Positions 1 through 12,874 of a stretch of 64,000 nt of DNA are shown here, piece after piece. Every line of letters begins with the position of its first letter. Position 1 is the stretch's first letter. The translations under genes and the position numbers were made by a program. Location of the stretch: NCBI GenBank assembly GCA_030390025.1, contig CM059432.1:50904001-50968000 (forward strand), in the 5' to 3' direction. This DNA comes from Squalus acanthias (Eukaryota). Under the pieces are notes generated by a model, which did not search any database, was not told the DNA's origin, and was given only the letters and a program-made list of their open reading frames with translations.

Positions 1-805
1 TTTAAAAGACCTTAATCATATCGCCTAGAAGTCTATGTTTCTCTTTTGAAAAAAGCCCCAGTCACCTCAGCCTATCCAGATACTAAGAACTCTGAGAGTT
101 GATATAATTCTAGTGGCCCTCCTCTGGAGCTTCTCAAGGGCCTTGCTATCTCCTACCATGTTAGGGAACCAAAACTTGTTGCAGTGTTCTAGATGTGGCC
201 GTACCAATGTCTTGTATAGGTTAAATATTGTATTTAACTGTCCTAGCGATACATCCTAACTCCCTATTCGTTTTCCTTACAGTTTCATGGCACTGGTCAT
301 GAACAATGTCCTTCAGGTCCCTCTACTGCTCCACAGCATTAAGATGGTGACCTTGCATTCTATACAGATGCCTGGAATTACCATGATCCAAATGCATCAT
401 TGCTGGGTTTATCCATATTGAAGGATACCTGCCACATCCAGGGCCTGGATTCCAGGCCCATCTCCCCAATGTATCTAAATCAGCCTGCAGTTTTTCTAAA
501 CTTCTAACTTCTGCACATGTTTTAGTATCGTGAGCAAACTTAAGGATGGTGCTCCTGATGCTTTCATCCAAATGATTGATAAAGACTGTGAAGAACAGTG
601 GTCCCAATACGAATCCCTGCAGGGCTCCACCAGTCACTAGACTACACACAGAGCTGCTACCATTAATAACCATCCTCTGCCTATGTGAATGCAACCAAGT
701 CACAATAGAGCTTAACATTTAACCACCAATCCACAGGATGCAATCTTATTTAATAGCTACATGTGCAACACTTTATCAAAGGTCTTTCGAAAATCAAGAT
801 ACGCA
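1..805 (-). mobile_element. CR1 LINE ORF2 fragment (degenerate RT)
   Basis: ORF 323..718 has degenerate CR1 RT motifs (GALQGFVLGPLFFTVFIN, KFAHDTK); DFRKTFDKV-like coding sequence near 770-800. Confidence 0.85.
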
Positions 806-1014
806 GGCTGGGATTATTCTCCATTATGCCTAAAAAATAATGGTAAATGTGGGTGGTGAGGCCTAATGCCACCTCAGCAACCTGATCAGGATTTCTCTCC
901 CCCCACCCATGCCAAGTCCACTGCTAGCCTCTCCTTCCCTACAAAACCCACTTTATTACTTAGAAATGACAACATGGAAACCAGCAGTTTGGTCCAATTA
1001 GTCCGTGTTCGTGT

Positions 1015-2266
1015 TGTAGGTGGTTTGCCTTGGTGGTTCGAATCACCTCTCCTACTTAGTTCTATACGACAGGAATTACGGTGAACAGGATTGGAACACA
1101 GACAAGCTTTTCGGACTCAACCGTACGGTGTTTAATAAGGTTAACACACACACCCGCCTCCAGTACGCAAAATGCCTGGTGGCGTAAAACAAACAGAACA
1201 ACAATACAACTTGGCCCGTCGAACAGGCCCCTGTCTCGTATTAAGACGTCTAAAATCACACTGTGTTGCTATACAGAGTATAACATGGACTTGTCCCACA
1301 AACCCCGGAACATACACTGTATAATACACACAGAACCTCCCCACTAAGCCCCTCTGGATTGGTTGGGACACACAACACCCCCTCACACAGTACCGGTGGT
1401 CTTAGGGATGCGTGGGCTTGGACAATGCTCACCCCGATTGTCCGTTTTCTTGCTCGCTGCTCCCCTGTGTAGAACGTGTCTCCTGGTTCCGTATCGCCGA
1501 TGCAGTATCCAAGTCCCAGTTTCGAGGTTCGTTCCTACAGTCGAAGAGCAAGGCGAGGCTCTTGTCGCTTGTGGTGGTTTCTTCTCTCCATCTCGGATGG
1601 AGTGCTCAGTTCTTGGTTCAGAGAATAAGGGCACACGAAGTCGAGAGCAAGCGAGAGAGAGAGAGAGAATGGCCAAAGCTGCCTTCTCTGTATACCCTAA
1701 AAGTTAATTCCAGGTCTGTGTATTGCAGTGATGTCTTTTAAATCACCCTTCTTTGTCTGGTTCCCACCTTTTCGAGTCTGGGCCTTCCCCCAACTCTTGT
1801 ATTCCAATACACACCCAGTAATCCAAACCACAGGACATGTACAGGGCTGGGGGATGGAAGACAATTCCTTATCTTGTCTCCCCCTCCCTGTGGTACATAT
1901 TTGATGTGATTTAGTCTTACTGCTGATGTGTTTTGCCCAAGGTTAAAGTGTTTACCATTGAGGCCAGGAAGTTCATTGTTCCAGCGAAACTGGCATCATG
2001 GTCTTATCCAATTGAAGATCCATCGAAACCCATTAAAACACAAAGTCTCATTGTCCAAAGTTAAATCATCTATTCACCGTTAAATTACCCATCGAGACGC
2101 TCATTGTCCAAAGTAAATGTCTTTTCCATAGTTAAATTGAAACTCACAGGTGTGTCTGTGCTTCTAGGTCCAACTGCACCACGCCCCTACCACTGGGCCA
2201 AACAGACTGCTGGTCGAACAGCAGTAACAATCATACAAATACTTGGGGCCTGCGCCGATGCTTACA
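1015..2266 (-). mobile_element. Solo LTR (~1.25 kb, Gypsy/ERV-like)
   Basis: Starts TGTAGG and ends CTTACA (TG...CA, imperfect inverted termini). Flanked by a 4-bp direct repeat GTGT (1011-1014, 2267-2270). On the minus strand the order is TATA-like site (~1690), (CT)n, then ATTAAA (~1135). No coding capacity. Confidence 0.7.
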
Positions 2267-2289
2267 GTGTTTATCCTCTAAATGAGCAA

Positions 2290-2525
2290 TAGTGCTAATT
2301 CCATGTGCCCACTCTATTACAAAATCCTTTATGCCCTTTCCTTCAACCACCTATCTTACCTTTTCTTAAAGTTGGCATGGTCTCTGCGTCAATGACTAAA
2401 TCCGACAGTGCATTCTACAGCCTCTGTGTAAAAAAGGTTTCTCCTGCTCTCTGTCCTAATCTCTTACATTTAATATTATATCCATGTCCTCTTGTTCTAG
2501 ACCCCTCAATCACTGGAAACAGTCT
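2290..2525 (-). mobile_element. CR1 LINE 3' fragment
   Basis: Reverse strand resembles the CR1 ORF2 C-terminus (RTRGHG...FFTQR) seen in other copies in the window. Confidence 0.6.
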
Positions 2526-2609
2526 GGGAGTGAAATTCAACTTCAGTGGAAAAGAAAATCGGGTGGGGTGTATAACAGGCGGCTGATTCGCTACCGTCCA
2601 TTTTCATTC

Positions 2610-3440
2610 GCTACCTCTGCAAGACATGTCAGATCATCAACACAGATACCATCATCACACGTGAGGACACTACCCACCAGGTACACGGTACATACTCATG
2701 TGACTTGGCCAACGTTGTCTACCTCATACGTTGCAGGAAAGGATGCACCAGAGCATGGTACATCGGCGAGACCATGCAGACACTGAGACAACGTATGAAC
2801 GGACACCGCGCAACAATCGCCAGGCAGGATTGTTACCTCCCAGTCGGGGAACACTTCAGCAGTCAAGGACATTCAGCCTCGGATCTGTGGGTTAGCGTTC
2901 TCCAAGGCGGCCTTCGAGACACACGACAACGCAAAATCATCGAGCAGAAACTGATAGCCAAATTCCGCACTCATGAGGACGGCCTCAACCGGGATCTTGG
3001 GTTCATGTCACGCTACATGACGTAGAGTCATCCAGACTCGAGTCGTCGTTGGCTTGTTCACAGATGTGATTTCCAGTAAAAAAAAGTAAAAATTTTAAAG
3101 TTTATGGTTTTCCATACAGACTGCATTTGACACATTAGACCCCCTGTGACCCCACCTCATTGTCTCAGTTGTATCTTGCTATGTCTTTGATGTGGTGCCT
3201 TCCTGGCTGACCTGATTGTTTCTCTGCCGAGGTGTGATGAAAGGCAGTCAGAAAGATAAAATGTAGTCGTCTGAGATTGTACGCTACACAGGCATTGTTC
3301 TCTGACTATATATGCTTTGCCGATTCGTATTCCTTCACTTCTCCTGACGAAGGGGCAGCAGCTCCGAAAGCTTGTGATTTCAAATAAAACTGTTGGACTA
3401 TAACCTGGTGTTGTGTGACTTCTCACTTTTGTCCATTTTG
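2610..3440 (+). mobile_element. Penelope-like element 3' fragment (GIY-YIG endonuclease plus terminal sequence)
   Basis: ORF 2705..3025 (NVVYLIRC...WYIGET...LRQRMNGH...HF...GLNRD) is a GIY-YIG domain. The downstream tail holds a hammerhead-like motif and AATAAA. Confidence 0.85.
3335..3377 (+). ncRNA. Minimal hammerhead ribozyme-like motif (Penelope-associated)
   Basis: CTGACGA (3344-3350), A, stem GGGGC/GCTCC, GAAA, then palindromic AAGCTT; stem I is imperfect. Confidence 0.6.
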
Positions 3441-3469
3441 TGCCCACACCAAAGTTAAACTTTACTCCC

Positions 3470-5160
3470 GCTGATTCTATTTACTCAGTATCATCCCTTC
3501 ATAATTTTAATTATCTCCATCAAATCACCCCAGAATCCCCTCTGTTCTAATGAAAACAGCCATTATTTTCCAATCATATTGGTATTTCCTCATACTATGC
3601 AACATCCTAGTGTATCTGCATTGTACCCTCTCTATTGCCTCAACATCTTTCCTATATTGTGCAGCCCAAAACTGCACATAGTACTCCAACTGTGGTCTTA
3701 CTAGGGATATAGATTCACTATTACATTTGATTTTTATATTCAGTATCTCTTGCCATACAACCCAGTGTCCCATTAGTTTTCGTTATGGTCTTATCCACTT
3801 GAGGCATTGCTTTTAATACCTTGTGAACCTAAACTTCCAAATTCTTCAGTTTTTCCACATTACTCAGCTTTCCCCCATTCAAATTATAATTAATTTTTTT
3901 TTTTACCACCTCACATTTACTGATGTTGAATTAAATCTGCCACTTTTTTCTTATCAATAGCCCCTTGCAGCATCCTTTGGTCCTCAAGATTAGTTACTAT
4001 GGGGGAAAAATTCGGTTGGTTTGTGCCTCCCGTTAGCGCCTTAAGAGGGCGCGAATGGGCCGCAAAGCAACTAGCGCGCGGGCGCATCGATGTTTGTGCC
4101 GCTCGCGAAATTGACCAGACATTTTGCGGCGGCGCTAAACACTACCGCCACGATCTCCTGCGCCCGCAGATTGTGACAGTTGAGAGTGCAACGCCCCGGA
4201 CGGGATAGTGAGTGGCGCCCCCTGCCTTACCGCCTGCCGCTAGCAACGACAGGTTGAGGGGAGCGTTTTGCAGTAGGGAAGGGACTGGGGGAGCGCTATT
4301 TAAAGGCGACCGCTTCTTGCCTTTTTTTGTCGGTGACATTTTTGCACCACGCACTCTGAGTGAGAGGGAGAGACTTCTGGAGATATTCAATGCTGTGTTG
4401 AGGAGTTTTGGGTACTGAGCAGCACTTTGCAGGTTCATTTTGATTTGATCTTCCTTGCATCGATTTAGAAGAGACTATGGGGGCTGCACTCTGAGCTCTT
4501 TCCCTGGGCCTTGCCATTGTTCTTTCCAGCAGATTTGATGTACATGTCTCTCCAGGCCGAGATTCAAGGCTGCAATGAGCAAGGTGTGGATGGAGAGCAA
4601 GATCGACCCTTCCCTTTAAGAACTGGCCGGCGCCATTGTGTCTGTGTTCCATTGCTGACTGACATCACATGAGCTTCGCCAGCGCTCTGAGGTAGCGTCT
4701 CGCTCCTCGGCGTTAGCGCCTTAAGAGAGGTGTATAGCGCCTGATTTAGTGCTCCAATCACCTCCAGGGGCGATAGAAGCCAAGTTTGCAGTCGGAGGCG
4801 ATAATTAGCGCCAGGTGCTAAACTTTGCGCCCGGCCAATAATTGCACCCCAAACGGGGCGATACCAAATTTCTCCCCCTATAACTCCTATTTTAGTATCA
4901 TTTGCAAATTTAGACACAATTCCCTCGAGCTCTATATTTAAATCATTGATGTACATAATGAACAGAAGTGGTCCCAGAAGAGAATCCCATGGGGCATTGC
5001 TACCCACTTCCAGCCACTCTGAGAAACTGCCCTTAACTGCAACGCTCTGTTTTTTCCCATCTAACCACTTCTTAATACCATTTGCTACCCTCCCCCTAAT
5101 TCCATAACCCTTAATTTTCTCCCACAGTCTCCTTTGTGGTATTGTGTCAAAGGCTTGCTG
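3470..5160 (-). mobile_element. CR1 LINE fragment interrupted by a Harbinger MITE
   Basis: Motifs AFDTIPQRRL, LLGPLLFIMYINDL, KFANDTK and LVRPQLEYYVQFW. The frame KIGVI|VTNLEDQRMLQ rejoins across 4001-4878. Confidence 0.85.
4001..4878 (-). mobile_element. Non-autonomous Harbinger (MITE), 878 bp
   Basis: Termini GGGGGAAAAATT...AATTTCTCCCCC and TSD TAT (3998-4000/4879-4881). Both ends are homologous to the ends of the full-length elements. Confidence 0.9.
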
Positions 5161-5309
5161 ATGGTCCTGAGTGTGGAGCCGGGAGGAGCAGGAATGCTTC
5201 TCTCCACCCCCACCTCCCGCTACCATTCCCCCTGAACCTGCCACCAATCGCCTTGACCTGGCTACAACTACCTTCCCCCCCCGCTGCCACCCCCGATTGC
5301 TACCACCCC

Positions 5310-6127
5310 CCCATGATGAGGTCTTGGACAATGTGGACCACTTTCCATACCTCGGGAGCCTACTGTCAACAAGGGCAGATGTCAATGACGAAGTCCAACA
5401 CCACCTTCAGTGTGCCAGTGCAGCCTTCCGTCACCTGAGGAAGAGAGTGTTTGAAGACCAGGACCTAAAACCCAGCACCAAGCTCATGGTCTACAGAGCA
5501 ATAGTGATACCCGCCCTCCTGTATGCTTCAGAGACATGGACCATGTACAGCAGGCACCTCAAAGCACTGCCTCCGCAAGATCCTGCAAATCCATTGGCAG
5601 GATAGGCGCACCGATGTCTGTGTTCTCGCTCAGGCCAACAGCTCCAGCATCGAAGCTTTGACCATGCTCGATCAGCTCCGATGGATGGGCCACATCGTCC
5701 GCATGCCCGATACGGGACTCCCAAAACAAGCGCTCTACTCGGAGCTCCGACACGGCACGAGAGCCCCAGGTGGGCAGAGGAAACGCTTCAAGGACACCCT
5801 CAAAGCCTCCTTGAAAAAGTGCAACATCCATACCGACACCTGGGAATCCCTGGCCCAAGACCGCACAAAGTGGAGGAGAAGCATCCGGGAAGGTGCCGAA
5901 CACCTCGAGTCTCTTCGCCGGGAGCAAGCGGAAGCCAAGCGCAGGCAGCGCAATGAGCACACGTCAACCCAAGCACCCCACCCACCCGCCCCTTCAACCG
6001 CCGTCTGCCCCACCTGTGACAGAGACTGTAGGTCCCGCATTGGACTCATCAGTCACCTGAGAACTCATTTTTAGAGTGGAAGCAAGTCATCCTCGGTTCC
6101 AAGGGACTGCCTAAGAAGAAGAAGAAG
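5310..6127 (+). mobile_element. RTE-clade LINE, 5'-truncated
   Basis: VDHFPYLGS...LLYASETWT...QLRWMGHIVRM...GGQRKRFKDTLK with a C-terminal CPTC...H...H zinc finger; frameshift near 5565; (AAG)n tail. Confidence 0.9.
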
Positions 6128-7331
6128 CACGAGGCCCAATCTCTTCCCCCCGCCCCCTCCCCGGCCAACTCTACAGAGCCCCCACCCACCCGGCTATCAA
6201 TTGCCTCACCCTCCCTGGCCAGTGATTCCCCCCAGTTATCAATAAGCCCCCCGACACCTGATCGCCCACCTCTTCCTCACTTACCTGAGGGCAGCTGTTA
6301 GCGTTGTAATGATGCTTTGCCAGACAAGCTGCCTCTTACTCTCTGTAACTCCCTCGCTTTATGCTCGGGTCTCACCATTTACACCCTGCGCACCCCCCTC
6401 CCCGCCCGCCCAAAACTGGGCCCGCCCGAATTTCTAGGCCTATTAGCTTTGTCAAGCACAATCCTCCTTTCTAAAATACATATTGGCTGCTTCTACTTAT
6501 TTTCTCTTCATCTAGATACTTAGTAATTTCATCTTAAATTAAAGATTCCAAAATTTTCCCCACCACAGATTTGAAACTCAATGGCCTGTAATTACTTGGG
6601 TTAGCTCGGTCTGACTTTTAGAAAAACTTACCACCACTTCCTGGGCCATCATGGGGAAGGTGCTTTTAGGCCTTTGCCAGCGGCAGTAATAACCCCAGGT
6701 ACCTCCAATGGAGGAAGAGAGCCTTGTAGTCGCCTCCTCTCACTCCACCTTCGAAAGAAAGCCTCAGTCTCTGACGAAACTTTCCAGCATGCCGGTCTTC
6801 TCATTTTTGGAGGTCTTCTGCTCCTTTGACTGCCTGGCCTCCTCTTCTGGTGCTGAAGTAGCAGTTCCACTGCAGCACCGCTGGAATTTTGCAGTCAAGC
6901 AATGGCAGGCTTCCTCTTGGTAACAAGAATCCCGCCAGGAGCCTGTTCATATGGGATGAACCCTGACCCAGGAAATTATGTCGGCCTTCCAGTTCTGTTG
7001 GAGGGATGGGTGGAAATCCTGCCCCACTGGAACACTCCTGCTCCTCCTGGCCCAAATAAAATAATTGTAAACGTACCTTTTTGGTGCCTCTGCTGCTGTA
7101 CGGGCAGGTTTTACTGAGTGGAGCGCCCGCAAGCTCTGCCCAGTTGTCTGTCAAAATTGTAATTGGGGTCCTATGTATGCCTTAGGACCCCAATTTGCAT
7201 GTTAAAAGGGCCTTGTGCCTGAAACAGCGCCCGCTCCAGCAACAAAGGCCCCTTTGAAAATGCCAGTGGTCAAGGTGCCACTGTAAATGGGGCAGTAACA
7301 CTTTTACAGCGGGTGGCCCAAGTTAAAATCT

Positions 7332-8800
7332 ATCATAGAAATCATAGAAATTTACAGCACAGAAGGCGGCCATTCGGCCCATCTTGTCCCTGCCGGCCGA
7401 CAAAGAGCTATCCACCCTAATCCCACTTTCCAGCACTTGGTCCATATACTTGTAGGTTATGGCACTTCAAGTGCATATCCAAGTACTTGTTAAATGTGAT
7501 GAAGGTCTCTGCCTCTACCGCCCTTCCAGGCAGTGAATTCCAGACCCCCACCACCCTCTGGGTGAAAAAAATTGCTCCTCAAATCCCCTCTAAATCTCCG
7601 ATCAATTACTTTAAATCTATGCCCCCTCGTTATTGACCCTTCTGCTAAGGGAAATAGGTCCTTCCTATCCACTCTATCTAGGCCCCTCATAATTTTATAC
7701 ACCTCAATTAGGTCTCCCTTCAGCCTCCTCTGTTCCAAAGAAAAGAACCCCAGCCTATCCAATCTTTCCTCATAGCTAAACTTCCCCAGCCCAGGCAACA
7801 TCCTCGTAAATCTCCTCTGCACCTTCTCTAGTGCAATCACATCCTTCCTGTAATGTGGTGACCAGAACTGCACGCAGTATTCTAGCTGCGGCCTAACCAG
7901 TGTTTTATACAGTTCAAGCATAATCTCCCTGCTCTTATATTCTATGCCTCGGCTAATAAAGGCAAGTATCCCGTATGCCTCCTTAACCACCATATCTACC
8001 AGTCCTGCTACCTTTACGGATCTGTGGACCTGTACTCCAAGGTCCCTCTGATCCTCTGCACTTCTCAGTGTCCTACCATTTAATGTGTATTCCCTTGCCT
8101 TGTTAGGCCTCCCCAAATGCATTACGTCACACTTCTCCAGATTGAATTCCATTTGCCACTGTTCTGCCCACTCGACCAGTCCTTTGATATCTTCCTGCAG
8201 TCTGGAGCTTTCTTCTTCATTATCAACCTCATGGCCAATTTTTGTATCATCTGCAAACTTCTTAATCATACTTCCTACATTCAAGTTCAAATCATTGATA
8301 TATACCATAAAAAGCAAAGTACCTAGCTCTGAGCCCTGCGGAACCCCACTGGAAACAACAGCCTTCCAGTCACAGAAACACCCTTCGACCATTACCCTTT
8401 GTTTCCTGCCTCTGAACCAATTTTGGATCCAACTTGCCACTTTGCCTTGGATCCCATGGGCTTTTACTTTCGTGACCAGTCTGCCATGCGGGACCTTATC
8501 AAAAGCCTTGCTAAAATCCATATAGACTACATCAAATGCACTACCCTCATCGGCCCTCCTTGTTACCTCCCAAAAAATTCAATCAAGTTAATCACTCACG
8601 ACCTTCCCTTAACAAATCCATGCTGACTGTCCCTGATTAATCCGTGTCTTTCGAAATGAAGATTTATCCTGTCCCTCAGAATTTTTTCCAATAATTTTCC
8701 CACCACTGAGGTTAAGCTGACTGGCCTGTAATTACTCGGTCTATCCCTTTCTCCCTTTTTAAACAACGGTACCACGTTAGCAGTCCTCCAATCCTCCGGC
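7332..8800 (-). mobile_element. CR1 LINE, 5'-truncated
   Basis: ORF 7490..8521 RT (DFSKAFDKV, GVPQGS, FADD); (ATTTCTATG)n tail at ~7332-7350. Confidence 0.95.
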
Positions 8801-9569
8801 TATCCTAGTTTCTGTTACTTTGTACAATTTATATTCTTTTGATTGAATGTAAAGTTTGAAGGACTAATACTCAAGATACAAAGATGCATTTAAACCAGTG
8901 TATCTGCAATTTCTATGCTATACCCTCAGATCTCTGCAAATAGAGATGTGGAAAATGATGGGAGAAGTCCACTGCTCCTCATCAAGGGGGCATTTTCATT
9001 TCATGCATTATTTGGAGCTGTTGTGGTAGGAAAGCACATTGTGAAGGCAACACAAATGATAGAAGGGAGGCATACAGCTGAGGCAGTAGGAGCACTACAA
9101 TTAACTCAGTTTCCATGAGCTACAGAGGAGGAAATTCAGGAAAAATTTCCACACTTGTTCACTATCCCTGCCAGAAAGTGCACATGCACACTCGGCAAGT
9201 ATGGGCTTGGGCTCTGATGTGATGCCAACCGTGACTGAATAGCTTGTCACTATTTAAGTTCATATGTGAAGAGTGGCTACTTGAGAGATGAATTATATCC
9301 CAGCAGTCAACATTTTCCTTCAGGAAGGGGAAAGGGAGTGGTGGGGGGTGGGCAATGCAGGGGGGAATTGAAAAGCTGTATAGGGAGCAAATTTGTTCCT
9401 GAATGAGTCTTTCCTCTTACCAGACTTGCTTTTGAGTGAAACAATCTGTACTGCTTTGTATTCTGCATGCTGCCTTTAATAGTTCAAACATCTTACCATG
9501 TTATTTGTCACAAGCTATTACAGGCCTACTCCTGTTCCTGTTCAAAAGTTTGTCATCGTAAGACTTTAC

Positions 9570-10631
9570 GGGGGAGAAATTCAGTATCGCCCCGTTTGGG
9601 GCGCAATTATCGGCCGGGCGCAAAGTTTAGCGCCTGGCGCTAATTATCGCCTCCAACTGCAAACTTGGCTTCTACCACCGCTGGAGGTGATTGGAGTGCT
9701 AAATCAGGCGCTACACACCTCTCTTAAGGTGCTAACGCCGAGGAGCGAGGCGCTACCTCAGAGCGCTGGCGAAGCTCATGTGATGTCAGTTAGCAATGGA
9801 ACACAGACACACTGGCGCCGGCCAGTCTTAAAGGGGAGGGTCGATCTTGCTCTCCATCCACACCCTGCTCATTGCAGCCTTGAATCTCAGCCTGGAGAGA
9901 CCTGTACATCAATTCTGCTGGAAAGAACAATGGAGAGGCCCAGGGAAAGAGCTCAGAGTGCAGCCCCTATAGTCTCTTTTAAATCGATGCAAGGAAGGTC
10001 AAATCAAAATGAACCTGCAAAGTGCTGCTCAGTACCCAAAACTCCTTCACACAGCGTTGAATCTCTCCAGAAGTCTCTCTCTCTCAGAATGCGTTGTGCA
10101 AAAATGTCGCCGACAAAAAAAGGCAGGAAGCGGTCGCCTTTAACATAGAAACATAGAAACTAGGAGCAGAAGTAGGCCATTCGGCCCGTCGAGCCTGCTC
10201 CACCATTCAATACGATCATGGCTGATCATCCAAATCCAGTACCCTGTCCCTGCTTTCTCACACAGAATCCCCATTGAGCCTGCACCGACACATATCCCAC
10301 CCTATCCCCGTAACCCCACGTATTTAATTTAAATAGCGCTCCCCCAGTCCCTTCCCGATTGCAAAACGTTCCCCTCAACCTGTCGTTGCTAGCGGCAGGC
10401 GGAAAGGCAGGGGCCGCCACTCAATATCCGGTCCGGGGCGTTGCACGCTCGACTGACGTCACGATCTGCGGGCGCAGGAGATCGTGGCGGTAGTGTTTAG
10501 CGCCGCCGCAAAATGTCTGGTCAGTTTTGCGAGCGGCGCAAACATCGCCGTGCCCGGGCGCTTGTTGCTTTGCACTCCATTAGCGCCCTTAGGGCGCTAA
10601 TGGGAGGCGCAAAGCAACAAAATTTTCCCCC
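9570..10631 (+). mobile_element. Non-autonomous Harbinger (MITE) with nested SINE fragment
   Basis: Termini GGGGGAGAAATT...AATTTTCCCCC, TSD TAC (9567-9569/10632-10634); inverted close copy of 4001-4878. Confidence 0.9.
10144..10327 (-). mobile_element. 5'-truncated SINE 3' end (CR1-type tail)
   Basis: Near-identical to 47328-47490; (TTCTATGT)n tail; apparent TTTAA duplication at the insertion site. Confidence 0.75.
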
Positions 10632-10835
10632 TACAAAACAACTCTATTTTTCAAGGGCTTGTAAGCTTTAAATAAATATACTGTACATCCATGGCCGCTA
10701 CTCATTAACAGACTCATCTGAAATGTCAACGTGTCTTCCAGATGCTACACCAGCCACTATTTTTTTCTTCAAACGATGAAACTCAGTGGAAGTTCTACCA
10801 GACCCTCTCCCCAGCCCCATAACCTAGCAGACTAA

Positions 10836-11596
10836 GGGGTAAAAATTGAGTCGCGCCCCATTTGGGGCGCTAACCTCGCCGGGGCGCGACTTTTAGCGCC
10901 CCGAAAAAATTAGCGGCCCCGCGCCGGAACTTCAGTGGTTGCGCCCCAAGAGGGAAGCGGGGCGCAACTGGAAGCAGCCCGCATCCCTCTTGGGGCGCTG
11001 CGAGTGAATATCCTGGCGCTACGTGCCGCAGCGCCACGTGCTGCGGCACGTCGCGCCGCGGTATTGCAGGCCTTCCTCCCCTTCTTAAAGGGGAGGGACC
11101 CTGCGCAGCGCGAACCGGGGCCCAGCTGGGCCCCCAGGGATCGGGAGTGCCGGCAAAAGAGCCCGGCACTCAAGAGAAGTGCCGGGCTCTTGGAGCGCAG
11201 CCGGCACTTCACGGTGGGGGGGCTTCACGGGGGCCGGGGGCAGGTGCTGGCAGGCGGCCAGCAACAAAAATGGCCGCCTGCCACCTCCGCTTTAAATATC
11301 GCCGCCCCGGCCGCACGTACGCCTCCCTGAACCCGTCGGACATAGCGTCTGGCGGTAAATCAGGGGGCGCGACTGAAGATCACGGCCGGGGCGCGAGCGG
11401 GGTGCTGCGCACGGCGATGATGTCATCGCCGGCGGCGCAGCGCCACAGGGCGCTACCGGCTACCGCCGCCGCTAACCTCCCACTAAATTTTTCGGGAGGC
11501 GTGGGCGGCGCTGCGCCCGGGCGTTAGCTGCTTTACGCCCCATTAGCGCCCTCTTAAGGCGCTAACGGGAGGCGCAAGCAGCTGAATTTTTCCCCC
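10836..11596. mobile_element. GC-rich Harbinger-type MITE, 761 bp
   Basis: Termini GGGGTAAAAATT...AATTTTTCCCCC, TSD TAA (10833-10835/11597-11599), subterminal TTAGCGCC/GGCGCTAA motifs, distinct interior. Confidence 0.88.
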
Positions 11597-12723
11597 TAAC
11601 AGTTTAATATTATGACTTACATTATTATATTACAACATACAAAATTCAATCTTTCCCGATTTGTATTTCACAGATGGTTTTTCAATGGCCCCTACAGCAC
11701 AGGAACCTCTGTGTTCCATACATTTGATCATCTGTGCCTACTTTTACTTACAACGGCTGGAAGTAGTGCATCTAAATATGGTCTCCCGGCTTAAATGAAC
11801 ATTCCAATTTAAACAACATTATGAAGAAATGCCTCTGGCGATTCTTCTCAAATCGTCAGGGGGATAGTTTAAGAAAGCTTCACAGCCATTTATTCAGAGG
11901 AGCTGACAGCTGTTAAACAGATTAGGTATTGATCTCTCACAAAACAGGTCTTGCTGACGGGGTTTTCAATTTCTCATTATCATACTGTATAATGGTCCTA
12001 GTGGTCTGATGAAAATGCTGGATTCTGAATGGAGGAATCAAGGCAGAGCATGATCACCTCACAACCATGTAAACTGACCCCAGTGGCACTGAGAAAATCA
12101 GCAGCCAATTACAAAACACGGCAGTTGTGACCTGACTGGAAAGAGATGTGCTATCTCTGCTTGTTGCAGAACTGCTAGTTGCTCTTTGAACAGTAACAGA
12201 GCAATTCACTCCAATCACCTCTCACTGATCTTACTGCAGATTTCATATCTGAATGTTTTTGGAATCATATTTTCAAAATGCCTCAACAAAAGTCAGGAAG
12301 TTCCAAAGAAATGACACGAAATCTTAAATCTACACTTTTGTTCTTGGAAAAAACTATTTACGCTTGTGAGAAATGTAAATTTGTATAAACACAGCAGGTA
12401 TTCAGTATGGGTCAGGAACAGTGGTTTACGAACAGATTATTTGTACCTTTTTGCAATCATTTTTCAAGCTGATTTCTTTACTTTTCAAATTTATTTTTTT
12501 TGTTTGGGGGCAGAAGAATGAATTTTTTTCATCAACATAATGGATGTCAGTGCTGGCTCATTGAACACTTGATTTCCTTTTGTCTCCCAAACTCAGGATC
12601 TATCACTTTCAGGTCCGGCATGTAATGGGCCAAGATGCAGAATAAAACTTCCTCCATTCTGTCTTAACAATGTGGCTCAAATGTAACCTCAGAGAAACCC
12701 CCTCATATACACCAACGTGAAGT

Positions 12724-12874
12724 GGGGCCCAGAAATTCGTCTCAGGCGGTGGGGTAAAACGGGCGATATCGGATTGGCCGCCCGTTATATGCAGTGCCTG
12801 GCACTGTGTGTAACGGGCGGCCGATCCGATACCGCCCGTTCTGCGCCACCGCCCGAGACGAATTTCTAGGCCCC
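12724..12874. mobile_element. Fold-back hairpin MITE (~75-bp arms)
   Basis: Near-perfect palindrome centred at ~12799 with GGGGCC(C/T)AGAAATT termini. Confidence 0.8.

Noticed and set aside
4564..5385. 273-aa chimeric ORF
   Set aside because: It runs across antisense RTE, low-complexity sequence, CR1 and the MITE junction
9498..10148. 216-aa ORF and homologues (4296, 25213) as a novel protein family
   Set aside because: These are chance frames through GC-rich MITE ends; start and stop positions differ between copies
11600..12600. Host exons in unique AT-rich stretches (also ~20.2-20.8, 32.1-32.7 and 61.2-61.6 kb)
   Set aside because: No recognisable protein with consistent splice sites was found; conserved non-coding function cannot be assessed without alignments
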